A DNA stretch of 64,000 bases from Sedimentisphaerales bacterium (GCA_963708075.1 OY970194.1:4992001-5056000), one strand, 5' to 3'; counted from the first letter of the stretch, positions 20,017 to 29,345 are shown. Numbers and translations: made by a program. Notes: generated by a model from the sequence alone, not told the origin.

Positions 20017-22035
20017 ATGGAAACTGCGAATATCCTGGCTATCGATTTCGGCACGACGAACACGTACTTCAGCAAGTGTCCGGCGGACCAGATTTCGCCC
20101 GTCGGGATCGATTTCGGCACGGGGCGGGACGGCCTGCCGACAGCCATCCTCTACCGTGGCGAGCGCGAGCCGCTGGTGGGCGAGCCGGCGCTGCACGAGT
20201 ACGGCGAAGCCTCGCCCGAGGAGCGTGCGGGCTATCAGCTCCGCACACAGTTCAAGCCGGACATTGTCGAGAGCCGCGAGGCGGCAAAAGCCGCAACGGA
20301 TTTCCTGCGTGTCGTGGTCGCCCAGGCGCAGCGCCAGCATATCGCGCTGGACCCTGCAAAGTATGATGTCATCTGCGGCGTTCCGAGCGAAGCACAGGAC
20401 CCCTTTCGAACGAAGCTGTCACAAATCGCCCGGACCGCCGGGTACGGCGACGTGCGGCTCGTCGATGAGCCCAAGGGCGCCCTGCTGCATCACCTCTGGC
20501 ACAAGGATTTCTCCCCGGGGGAGGCCCGCCGGGGCATCCTCGTCATCGACTTCGGCGGCGGGACCTGCGACTTCGCCCTGCTCCAGAGCCTTCAGGTCAC
20601 CCACTCCTGGGGCGATATGGAATTAGGCGGCCGGCTCTTCGACGATCTGTTCTTTCAATGGTTCGTCGAGCAGAACCCCGCGGCGCCGAAGGCCATGGAG
20701 AAGGCGGGGGATGCATACTACGTGCACTCGTACTTGTGCCGCGAGGTCAAGGAGTTCTTCTCGCTGACGATGGCGCGGGACCGCACTGAGACGATCAACA
20801 AATCCATCGGACGCTACGGCAGCCTGAAGGGCATGACCTGGGCCGGCTTTCTCGACCGGGCCCAGCGCTATACGCCGAGCCCCACGTTTATCCGTCATAT
20901 GCAGGACATGGGCGTCCGGACGGACAGATTCCGGATTGGAATCAAGGGCACCGATTCCGAATCCGCAATCCGCAATCCGCAATCCGCAATCGATCTTATT
21001 GGCTGGTTCCGTATGTCCCTGTCCCAGGGGTTGTCCGAGCAGGCGGTGGATTCGAGCCAGATCAGCCGGGTGATCCTGGCGGGCGGGAGCAGTCAATGGC
21101 CCTTCGTGCCCGACGTGGTGACCGAGACGCTCGGGGTCGAGCGGTCGTGCCTGATGCGAAGCGACCGGCCCTACGCGGTGATCGCGCAGGGCTTGTCCAT
21201 CCTGCCCGCGCTGCAGAAGAAGTTCGATGAGACAAGGGATAAGCTTCGCAGCGATTTGCCCCAATTCTGCCGGATGCGCGTGCGGCCGCTGGTGGAGCGG
21301 GTGACCGATAGCTACGTCGCCGGCGTCGCCGCCGATGTCACGTCGGAGCTGTTCGACAAGGCGATCCGGCCGATCCTGGAACAGTTCAGACAGCAGGGGG
21401 GCTCGACGCGGGCGCTGCGGGAGTCCATCGCCGCCGAGGTGAAGGCACATGAGGGCAGACTTCGCGAGATCATCGAGGACCGGATGCAGACGCTTCGGCG
21501 CGGGCTGCCGGGCCAGCTCAATGAGATGCTCAAGGCGTGGTTCGAGTCCTACGGGCTCAGTGTAGGCGAGAGGCCCATCCAAGAGGCGCAGCAGGTGTCG
21601 GTTCCAGAGGAGATGATTCAGCCGATTTCGCCGGACCTGTACGGCGCGGTTATGGAAACGGTGGGATGGTTCGTCGTCGCGCTGGCGACCACGGCCGGCG
21701 CCGCGATCCTCGGTGGCGGAGGCATCCACCTGCTCGCCGCGGGTCCCGTCGGATGGATCGCCGGGGCGGTCCTCAGCGCCGTCGTGGCCTTCCTCGCCGT
21801 CCGTTACGGCATCGCACGGGCTCAGGAAATCGCCGAAACCTGGAACGCGCCCGCCTGGCTCGTCAAAAACGTCCTCCTGCCCTCCAGAATCGCCAGGATG
21901 CGGACGGACTTCCAGCAACGGCTCCAGGAAACCCTCCGTCGCGAGACTACCGCCCTCCAGACTCAGCTCGAAGAGAAGATCGGCGAAATCACCGAACGCC
22001 AAATCGACGGCCTTTCCGAAATCGCCCAACTATAA
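20017..22035 (+). CDS. Atypical Hsp70/actin-fold ATPase with helical C-terminus and hydrophobic hairpin
   Basis: IDFGTTNT, DEPKGA, IDFGGGTCD, LGGRLFD, LAGGSSQWP; no DnaK substrate-binding domain; GWFVVALA..AGPVGWIAGAVLSAVVAFLAV membrane segment. Confidence 0.85.
   Translation: METANILAIDFGTTNTYFSKCPADQISPVGIDFGTGRDGLPTAILYRGEREPLVGEPALHEYGEASPEERAGYQLRTQFKPDIVESREAAKAATDFLRVVVAQAQRQHIALDPAKYDVICGVPSEAQDPFRTKLSQIARTAGYGDVRLVDEPKGALLHHLWHKDFSPGEARRGILVIDFGGGTCDFALLQSLQVTHSWGDMELGGRLFDDLFFQWFVEQNPAAPKAMEKAGDAYYVHSYLCREVKEFFSLTMARDRTETINKSIGRYGSLKGMTWAGFLDRAQRYTPSPTFIRHMQDMGVRTDRFRIGIKGTDSESAIRNPQSAIDLIGWFRMSLSQGLSEQAVDSSQISRVILAGGSSQWPFVPDVVTETLGVERSCLMRSDRPYAVIAQGLSILPALQKKFDETRDKLRSDLPQFCRMRVRPLVERVTDSYVAGVAADVTSELFDKAIRPILEQFRQQGGSTRALRESIAAEVKAHEGRLREIIEDRMQTLRRGLPGQLNEMLKAWFESYGLSVGERPIQEAQQVSVPEEMIQPISPDLYGAVMETVGWFVVALATTAGAAILGGGGIHLLAAGPVGWIAGAVLSAVVAFLAVRYGIARAQEIAETWNAPAWLVKNVLLPSRIARMRTDFQQRLQETLRRETTALQTQLEEKIGEITERQIDGLSEIAQL
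20924..20991. repeat. Heptamer (AATCCGC)n palindromic insert inside the Hsp70 CDS
   Basis: AATCCGC x4 from 20960, translated ESAIRNPQSAID; degenerate complementary arm CAGATTCCGGATT upstream. Confidence 0.75.
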
Positions 22036-22104
22036 TCACACCGTGCGGTTCCCTCCCCAGGCAGCGAGCTGCCCGAGCGGATCATCATACAGGAACAGCC
22101 GCTA

Positions 22105-23250
22105 AGTAGGTAGCCAAAAGTTTTCACAGGAACGATTCTCTTCGCGTGTATGATGGGGTACATGCGAAGAACGAAGAGCGCCTCAGAACGTGGTTTCGAT
22201 CGATATGATAAACATCGTCTTACGCGGGCCTTACAGGGGGTCGCTGACATTCGCACCTACCGGCGTATCGAAGCGATCCTGTTGGTGGCCCAGGGTCGGA
22301 CGGTTCCGGAAGCAGCGCAGATCACCGGGACCCGGCCGTGGAGCGTCTATCGCTGGGTGCGGGCCTATCTGCACACCCATTGTCCAGACCGCCTGCAGGA
22401 CGCACCGCGTTCCGGACGGCCTCCGGTCGCCACGCCGATCACGGACGCCCGTCTGGTACGCGAGTTCCGCCGGGACCCGATGCGTTTGGGCTATCGCGCC
22501 ACGGGTTGGACGGTGTCCTTGCTGGCAGATCACCTCCAGCAAAGGTACGGGTGTGCAATCTCGCCTCGTACCCTGCGGCGGCGGATGCGGGACTTGGATC
22601 TGCGGTGGAAACGTCCCCGGTATGTCTATGCGACCAAGGACCCGAACCGAGCCCAGAAAAAGGGGGCCTGGTTCGCCGCCTGAAACGGATGCCGGCGCTG
22701 GCGGTGCTGTTGTTTTCGGATGCGACCATCCTCCGCTGGTTTCCGCCCTTGCGCTATGTGTGGGCGTTTCGCGGCGAACAGGCGCAGGTCAAGATCACGG
22801 GTCAAAACGACAAACGGGTTCTGTTCGGCACGATCAATCCACGAACCGGACACCGGGTGGTCCTGCGTCGGCCCCGCCAGCGGCAAGAGGACTTTCAAGC
22901 CTTCCTGCGGGAGTTGCGGCGACGGTATCCCGGACGCCCGATTTGGCTGTTGCTGGACAAGGCCTCTTTTCATCAGGCGATCAAAAGCCAACGACTGGCC
23001 ACCCACTTGGAGGTGACCCTCTTGTGGTTGCCGAAGCAGTGCCCGGAACTGAACTCTCAGGATCATCTCTGGAAGGAGTTGAAACGGTTGATTGCGGCCA
23101 ATCGCCAGTTCCAAACGATTGATGATGAGGCGGCCTACGCGGAACAGTGGCTCTTGGGACTAACTGCGACCCAGGGCCTCCGCAAAGCCGGTGTCTTGTC
23201 GGCGGATTTCTGGCTCAAGGCTTTTGTGTGAAGACTTTTGGCTACCTACT
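22105..23250 (+). mobile_element. IS630-family insertion sequence, complete
   Basis: 24-bp TIRs AGTAGGTAGCCAAAAGTTTTCACA / TGTGAAGACTTTTGGCTACCTACT (1 mismatch), flanked by a TA duplication (CTAG target). Confidence 0.95.
22150..23231 (+). CDS. IS630 transposase (HTH ORF plus catalytic ORF joined by -1 frameshift)
   Basis: ORF A 22150-22683 (HTH, RSGRPP, W....LA, WKRP); slippery AAAAAGGGGG at 22657-22666; ORF B motifs FSDAT, LLDKASFH, PELNSQD. Confidence 0.9.
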
Positions 23251-23334
23251 TAGTCTCCGCCATCGACGTCTGCCGGATGTTCGATCAGCACAAGACCGGC
23301 TGGACGAAACTGGAGCTACGGCCGTAACAAGGGA

Positions 23335-23420
23335 GAGTGTGAAGTGGCAAGTTTGAAGTGCGAGGCTGAAGAGCGTGGCTTGAGACTCCCGCCTTCACAT
23401 TTCAACCTTCGAACCTGAAA
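23335..23420. repeat. Heptamer-arm palindrome
   Basis: GTGTGAAGTGGCAAGTTTGAAGTGCGAG ... CTTCACATTTCAACCTTCGAACCTGAAA. Confidence 0.55.
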
Positions 23421-23440
23421 CCGTCTTCTGACTAGGGTCC

Positions 23441-24655
23441 CTACGCGGTGTCCATCTGGTCGATATAGGTCTTCATCCGGGCCAGGCGGGCCTTGAAGGC
23501 GTTGTACAGGCCGTCGGAATTCTCGCGCAGCGTGCGCTTGGAGTTCGTGTGCGGATTGACGGACGTGGCGTAATCCGCCTGCTTGATGATCTCCGGCGGG
23601 ATGGAGTCGGCGCCGGACAGGGCCCCGGAGATGCCCCCGGCGACGGCGGTGAGGCAATCGGTGTCCCGGCCCATGTTCACGCCGGCTTTCATCGCCTCCC
23701 ACGTGTTGCCCTTCGTCATTCGCAGGACGCAGATGGCCTTGGTGACAATCTCGTTGGCGTAGCTGTGGGCGTAGACGATCCCCGTGCCGCTGTAGAGGGC
23801 GTCGAATTTCTGGCGCATCTGGCGCACGTCGCCGCAATCGGCCGTGTGCTTCAGGGCCCGCTCGATCTCGCCACGAATGCCCGCCGGGCGGAAGAAACGG
23901 GTATCCACCTTATCGCAGTTGTCGAAGACCGCCCCGATCACGCTGTCCACGGTGGCGCCGCTCTTCGTGGCAGCGGCGATGGCCGTGACGGTGACCTCGG
24001 CCCAGAGAATGCCCCGGCTGTTGGCCGTATTGTAGAGCTGACCGACCTCGCGAATGTCGTCGATGGCTCCTCGGATGTCGCCCGCGTTGATCAGGCCGAT
24101 CGGGTGGCACGAGCGCGAGAGGGAGACCAGGCCGGAGTAGTCGCAGTATTTGCCGATATCACAGGCCGGGATATGCGTCTTGGCCATCGCCAGCAGCGCC
24201 CCCTCGAACGGCTCGGAGACCAGCCCGGCCGCGTTGGGATTCATGTGGTCCACCCACGCGCGGCGCAGGTCCTCCGCATCGATGCGGTCCTGCTTCTCAA
24301 GGATCGCGGTGATCATGAGCTTCTGCCGCTCGACGCCGTCTTCGGTCGTCCCGGGCTCGCGGACCCAGTCTTTCTTGCCGTAGTGTGAGTACGGCAGCAG
24401 CTTATCCAGCAGCCCATGCTCCTTCTCGATCCGCTCATACGACCACCCTTCCACCGGCGCCCCCATGGCCGAGCCGATGTGACAGCCGGCGATGCACCCG
24501 AAGAACTTGTCGCGCAGGCTGATCCCGCCCGCATTTGCCCTGGCCTCCTTCGGCGACTCCGCCCCGAGCGCCTTGCCCGCCGAGACTGCCGCGGCAGTCG
24601 CCATTGTCCCTGCCAGGAATGATCGCCGTGCCATCGTTTCGCCATGCCCGTTCAT
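23441..24655 (-). CDS. Tat-exported ADP-ribosylglycohydrolase-family protein
   Basis: ARRSFLAG signal, IGSAMGAPVEG, GTTEDG, NMGRDTDC..AVAGGISGA. Confidence 0.85.
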   Translation of the reverse strand: MNGHGETMARRSFLAGTMATAAAVSAGKALGAESPKEARANAGGISLRDKFFGCIAGCHIGSAMGAPVEGWSYERIEKEHGLLDKLLPYSHYGKKDWVREPGTTEDGVERQKLMITAILEKQDRIDAEDLRRAWVDHMNPNAAGLVSEPFEGALLAMAKTHIPACDIGKYCDYSGLVSLSRSCHPIGLINAGDIRGAIDDIREVGQLYNTANSRGILWAEVTVTAIAAATKSGATVDSVIGAVFDNCDKVDTRFFRPAGIRGEIERALKHTADCGDVRQMRQKFDALYSGTGIVYAHSYANEIVTKAICVLRMTKGNTWEAMKAGVNMGRDTDCLTAVAGGISGALSGADSIPPEIIKQADYATSVNPHTNSKRTLRENSDGLYNAFKARLARMKTYIDQMDTA

Positions 24656-24834
24656 GTGTCACCTCATCCCAGAGCGATTCCCAATCATGTTCACCCACAT
24701 CAAATGCCGGCAATTGCCGGGTCCCATCATATGTCGTGCCCCGAGAAAGGCAAGAGAAGACCTGGCGTACGGACCCGAGGGCTACCCCGCCACTACGTGG
24801 CCAAGCAGGCCGGCCCTTTCGAGGTGGAAACCAC

Positions 24835-24919
24835 GGGTGGCAGCGCCAAGCGGAGGTTGCTGATGGTGTCAGGGCGCAACCAAGAGCCATCGGCAAACTG
24901 ACGCTTGCCGCTGCCACCC
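24835..24919. repeat. REPIN-like family B copy
   Basis: GGGTGGCAGCGCCAAGC..TTGCTGATGG-spacer-CCATCGGCAAAC..GCTTGCCGCTGCCACCC. Confidence 0.85.
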
Positions 24920-25001
24920 ATTGTCGGTGACACTCGACTTGTTGTAATGCATTAGCTCACAAAGGCTTATGCGTCACCTGGATGGGGGCCGCCGAACCGG
25001 C

Positions 25002-26312
25002 CTATCGCGCCTCACCGAGACCTTCGAGGATCGCCTGGACGAACAGGGGCGCGGCCGGTGCGCTGGTGGCGGTGATGATGAGACCGTCTTTCTCCACGGC
25101 GTTGCCTGTGTAGTTGCCGCCCCCCTGCGCGATTCGAACCTGTTCCGGGAGGTATCCGGTCACTCGCACCCCCTTGAGGATACCGGCATTGGCCAGAACG
25201 CTGGGAGCTGTCCCGATGGCGGCCACAACCTTCCTCTGGTCGGCTGCCTGACGGATGAGATTCGTGGCTGCCGGGTTGCTGAAGTATTCCACGGCACCGG
25301 CCCCGCCGATGAAGACAATCGCGCCGTAATCGTTGACCTTCGCCTGGTTGAGCAGCAGATCGACGTTTGCGGTGCCTCCGAGCATGCCGGTAATCGTGGT
25401 CAACCGCGTGCTGGCGACCTGGACGGGCACACCCGCAAGCTCCAGGGCTCGCTTGGTTTCAAACAACTCCTGGTCCTGGAACTGCTGCGGCGGCACGACG
25501 AGCAGCACTCTTTTGCTGCCCGGCTGGGCTACTGTCGATTGCCCGGCGGTTGCAGCGGCCGTTGTGCCCGCCGGATAGCCGACCAGAAGGAGGCAGAGTG
25601 GATCCACGCCCTTCGGCAGCCGGGCCACCCGCCGGGCACTATTCAGATTCACGGTGTCGACACTGGCAAACGTCAGACCCAGCGCCATGGCCTGGAGTTG
25701 AATGTTCTGGGCCGCCTGCCCAGCCTGCAGCAACATGGCAGTCCGTGCCTGCACGCCGTACTGAACAGAGAAGTCCCGCAACGAGGCTGCCAGCACAATC
25801 TGGGCACCGCCGATCGGCGCACCGGGTCGATTCATAAGGGCGGTCACCAGGGGTTGACGCTCATCCTCTATCGAGGTCTGCTGCAGCGAATGATCAGTCG
25901 GGTTGTATGAGTACACGCCGTCCGGCAGGAGGAAGTACAACCTCATCGCAGGCAACGGGCTGGGCGTCAGCGAGGCCGCAGCGCCACGAGGCACTCGTAC
26001 ACCCTGCGCCGCCCAGGCGAGTTGCCCGATGGCTGAAAACTCCAGACGCTGGTCCGAGGGCACCGACGCCCGCTGCTGTGCGAGCAGCGCCTGCTCCAGG
26101 TAAACCGTGCCGCTGGTCGTCGGCTCAGGAAGTTGCACCGTCTTGAGCCGCGGGGCGCCCATGGTGCGGAGCCGCTTCGTCGGCTGCGTCGGCTGCGTCG
26201 GCCGGGCCTGCCCCCAGGAGAAGGCGGCGAGCGTCAAAATGATCACAAGCGGTGCATACAGGCTCTGAGAGCATCGCGCAACACGATTGGCGAGAGAAGT
26301 CCGGCCCTTCAT
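25002..26312 (-). CDS. Exported nitroreductase(SagB-like)-DJ-1/PfpI fusion protein
   Basis: Signal peptide and PTQ x3; LP.P..SG...LEQAL, GQLAWAAQG, AGQAAQNI.LQA.ALGL; then FQDQEL..T, YGAIVFIGG.GA, VEKDGLIITA. Confidence 0.8.
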   Translation of the reverse strand: MKGRTSLANRVARCSQSLYAPLVIILTLAAFSWGQARPTQPTQPTKRLRTMGAPRLKTVQLPEPTTSGTVYLEQALLAQQRASVPSDQRLEFSAIGQLAWAAQGVRVPRGAAASLTPSPLPAMRLYFLLPDGVYSYNPTDHSLQQTSIEDERQPLVTALMNRPGAPIGGAQIVLAASLRDFSVQYGVQARTAMLLQAGQAAQNIQLQAMALGLTFASVDTVNLNSARRVARLPKGVDPLCLLLVGYPAGTTAAATAGQSTVAQPGSKRVLLVVPPQQFQDQELFETKRALELAGVPVQVASTRLTTITGMLGGTANVDLLLNQAKVNDYGAIVFIGGAGAVEYFSNPAATNLIRQAADQRKVVAAIGTAPSVLANAGILKGVRVTGYLPEQVRIAQGGGNYTGNAVEKDGLIITATSAPAAPLFVQAILEGLGEAR

Positions 26313-26356
26313 TTTCTTATCCTCCCATCAGGGTTACAATGGTCACAGCCAACCCA

Positions 26357-26410
26357 TTATACCGCAATTCATGACTTATGCTACCCTCAGGCGCGAATCG
26401 CTGGTATAAT
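26357..26410. promoter_or_regulatory. Divergent -10 elements
   Basis: TGGTATAAT on + (26402-26410) toward the VanZ-family gene; GGTATAAT on - (~26357-26363) toward the fusion gene. Confidence 0.45.
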
Positions 26411-26470
26411 CGCTGGACTACTCTCCATTTTGCAGAAGTTCAGTTAAGTGGAACTCTGGGGGACGATTTG

Positions 26471-27226
26471 ATGGCTTTCCTTTGGCGACAGAAAGCGGTG
26501 GTTGCGGTCCTGGTGCTGTACTGGCCTACGCTATTCGTGCTGGCCCATATTCCCGTGCCGCAGGTTGTCCGCCGGGCTCACGTATACGACAAGAGTCTGC
26601 ATCTGCTCGCCTACATGATCCTGACATTCCTGCTGTGGTCGGCGATCAAGCCGCTCGAGCGCGTATGTTGGCGCAGGGCCGCCGTCTGGTGCCTGCTGGC
26701 CGTGGTGATCGTATATGGCATGTGCGATGAATGGCTGCAATACCAGATAGGCAGTCGTTCGATGGACCCAACGGACTTTGCCGCCGATGTGATCGGGGCC
26801 GTGGCGACACTGGGCATGCTGACCGTCCTGTCATTCTGGCCGACCTCAATAATCATCGCCGGGACGACGATCTACACCCTGGCCGTCTTCACCCGGGCCA
26901 ACCTCACGGCCCTTCTGCCGGTGACGATGACGGTATTCCACCTGATGACGCATGCTGTCTTCACGCTCCTGTGGATAGGGTATCTGCGCCAGCGGTTGTA
27001 TCTGCGGAGGAATAGCCGCTTGTGGGTTGCCGCATCGCTGTCCCTGCCGCTGGCGCTCGTGGTGATCACCAAGGTCAGCGCAACGATCTCCGGCAAGGCG
27101 TTCGAGGGCTGGGATATGATCGCGGCTGTGGCCGGCATCTTCGGCGCCGTCGCCGCGATATGGATTGCCGGCGTGCTCCAGCGGAGGACTGCCCGGCAGG
27201 CAGAACCATTTGGGGCGGAGGGTTAG
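26471..27226 (+). CDS. VanZ-family membrane protein
   Basis: DKSLHLLAYMIL, YGMCDEWLQ, RSMDPTDFAADVIG; multiple TM helices. Confidence 0.85.
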   Translation: MAFLWRQKAVVAVLVLYWPTLFVLAHIPVPQVVRRAHVYDKSLHLLAYMILTFLLWSAIKPLERVCWRRAAVWCLLAVVIVYGMCDEWLQYQIGSRSMDPTDFAADVIGAVATLGMLTVLSFWPTSIIIAGTTIYTLAVFTRANLTALLPVTMTVFHLMTHAVFTLLWIGYLRQRLYLRRNSRLWVAASLSLPLALVVITKVSATISGKAFEGWDMIAAVAGIFGAVAAIWIAGVLQRRTARQAEPFGAEG

Positions 27227-27228
27227 GA

Positions 27229-27482
27229 GTGGAGTTCTGCAAAATGGAAGTTGGGCTTATTATTCAAGGAAATCGGCTTTGGGATTTCCTTGAATCGACA
27301 AGCTGTTCGTGTGTGTTGCATACTCCGAGTGGGCCTTTTTTGCCGCGTGTGGCAAGGCAATCTCCCGTCGCTTTCCAGAATACGTATCATGGATCGTTGG
27401 CATCTGTTGTTGAGGAAGGAAAAATGAAAATCGCATTTTTCCTTCCCCAAGTAAGCCCAACTTCCATTTTGCAGAACTCCAC
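27229..27482. mobile_element. MITE-like element (254 bp) with perfect 31-bp TIRs
   Basis: GTGGAGTTCTGCAAAATGGAAGTTGGGCTTA at 27229-27259 and its exact reverse complement at 27452-27482; AT-rich interior with two 13-bp hairpins. Confidence 0.8.
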
Positions 27483-28700
27483 CTATGGCTTCCTGAAGGG
27501 CCTGTACAGCGGGTCGCCGAGCAGGAGCATCTGCCAGGAATTGAATGGATTGGTGCGGTAGTAGGCTTCCGCGAGGCAGCGGCCTTCAAACAGCTCGTTG
27601 AAGAACGCCCTGGGCTCGGGGAAGGCGGGCAGGTAGGGCTCGGCCACGGGTCCGAGCGTGGCGGTGATCCCGTGCATCAGCAGGGCCGGACACCACTCGG
27701 TGCTGTTCGGGTCGTGGAGGTTGACGGCCTCGAAACTGGCGATGTGGAACCCAACGGCCCCATCGACGAACCGGAATGAATCGACATATTTCCTCACGCT
27801 GTACCAGCCGCAGTACAAGGCCACCTGGGGACAACCGTCCGGCGGGAACAACGCCTGCGTCGATTCCTCCTGCACGGCCAGTGGCGTTCGAAGGCGCGTC
27901 AAGATGGCCGCGTCGCGCAGAGACTGATCGTAATAGCCGTAGGCGTCGTTGCCGAAGAGTCCCCGCGAATCGACGTAGGCCGCGCCGGCCAGAGGTTTCT
28001 GCTCAGCCGCCATGGCCTTGTCGATCAGTCCCTTGGCAATCCCGTAGTTGGGGCCGTCGAGCCGGCAAACCATCATGGTCTTGAATGGCTGCGGCTCAGG
28101 GCTGCGCAATCGGTTCGGCTGCCAGCGATACAGATCGTATACGGGGCATAGCACCAGGGACAACTCGCTGTCCACGGATGCGTCGGTTTCCTTGCCGAGG
28201 ATGCGGTCCATGTCCATCTGAAGCTGAGCCAGGCGCATCTGCCGCTGCTGGTATTCTGTCGAGCCGGTGGCTCCCGTGGCCTCCAACCGGGCGATGGCGT
28301 CCTTCTCCTGCTGGTGCGATTGGCGCAGTTGTTTCAACTCGCGATCCATTCCAGTGGAGGGCTCGCATCGGCCTACCTTGTATGGCACGCCGTAGGTGGT
28401 CACAAGACACTTGATGTGCTGCAGGTCCTTTCGCGTCGTGAGAACGGCGCGGACGGGCCCGGCCAGCCGCTTGTCATAGTCGCCCCGGCTGATGAAGTCC
28501 CGAAGCTGCGGACCCAGCTTTACCGGGACTATGTTGCCCGACGGCACGCCCCGCTTCTCACAATAGTACCGGGCGAGCCTCGTCGAAGCCGGGTAGTCGG
28601 TGTTCGCAATGACGAGGATTTCCGCCGGCTCCAACGCCCAGGCGAGCTGGGACCAGCCGATGATGAAGGGGAGAAATACCGCTGCACGTTTCCACATCAC
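27483..28700 (-). CDS. TIGR03790-family protein
   Basis: Signal peptide, S..LARYY..KRGVP, ASVDSEL, CRLDGP, YCGWYS, GAVGFHIASFEA, G.TATLGPVAEPYL.AFP.P, LLGDPLY.PF. Confidence 0.85.
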   Translation of the reverse strand: MMWKRAAVFLPFIIGWSQLAWALEPAEILVIANTDYPASTRLARYYCEKRGVPSGNIVPVKLGPQLRDFISRGDYDKRLAGPVRAVLTTRKDLQHIKCLVTTYGVPYKVGRCEPSTGMDRELKQLRQSHQQEKDAIARLEATGATGSTEYQQRQMRLAQLQMDMDRILGKETDASVDSELSLVLCPVYDLYRWQPNRLRSPEPQPFKTMMVCRLDGPNYGIAKGLIDKAMAAEQKPLAGAAYVDSRGLFGNDAYGYYDQSLRDAAILTRLRTPLAVQEESTQALFPPDGCPQVALYCGWYSVRKYVDSFRFVDGAVGFHIASFEAVNLHDPNSTEWCPALLMHGITATLGPVAEPYLPAFPEPRAFFNELFEGRCLAEAYYRTNPFNSWQMLLLGDPLYRPFRKP

Positions 28701-28703
28701 AGA

Positions 28704-29345
28704 TCACCCACGGCAATCGTCTTCTTTCAAGTCAGAGGCCGCCTCGCCGCGGGTGGCTTCCGCCTGGGAGTACCGCTTCTCGTAGACTCCGCCTCGCGAA
28801 AACACTCGCGTGGCCGTGGCGAGAAGGATGCGGCAATCCAGCCGGAATCCCGCCTGCTCCACGTATTTCGCGTCGAGTTCAAGCTTCTCTTCGATAGTCA
28901 ACGCAGCCCTGCCGGAAATCTGCGCCAGGCCCGTCAGCCCCGGCTTGACGAGCAGCCGCGTCTTTTGCCGCTCGTTCCATTCGCGAACCTGCGACATGTA
29001 CAATGGCCGCGGACCGACGAGGCTCATATCGCCTTCAATGATATTCAACAACTGGGGCAACTCATCCAGGGAGTGTTCCCGCAGGAACCTGCCGAGCCGC
29101 GTCAGACGCGGGTCTTGCCCGGATTTCGGGCTGGGCCCGAATGGGTCCACGTCCAGTCTCATCGTCCTGAACTTATAGAGCATGAAGGGCCTGCCGGCCC
29201 TGCCCGCCCGCTCCTGCCGGAAGATCGCCGGCCCCCGGCTGCCCAGCCGGATCACAACGGCGATGGCCAGCAGCAGCGGGGAGAGGATCACCAACAGCAC
29301 GCCGGCAATCAGGACGTCGAATGCTCTCTTGAGAAGCTCGTACAT
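28704..29345 (-). CDS. Bacterial sugar transferase (priming glycosyltransferase)
   Basis: KRAFD, KFRTM, SLDELPQLLN, GDMSLVGPRP, KPGLTGLAQI. Confidence 0.95.
   Translation of the reverse strand: MYELLKRAFDVLIAGVLLVILSPLLLAIAVVIRLGSRGPAIFRQERAGRAGRPFMLYKFRTMRLDVDPFGPSPKSGQDPRLTRLGRFLREHSLDELPQLLNIIEGDMSLVGPRPLYMSQVREWNERQKTRLLVKPGLTGLAQISGRAALTIEEKLELDAKYVEQAGFRLDCRILLATATRVFSRGGVYEKRYSQAEATRGEAASDLKEDDCRG

Noticed and set aside
26178..26203. 9-bp tandem repeat (PTQ x3) as a phase-variation tract
   Set aside because: Unit length is a multiple of three in a linker after the signal peptide, so it cannot shift the frame.
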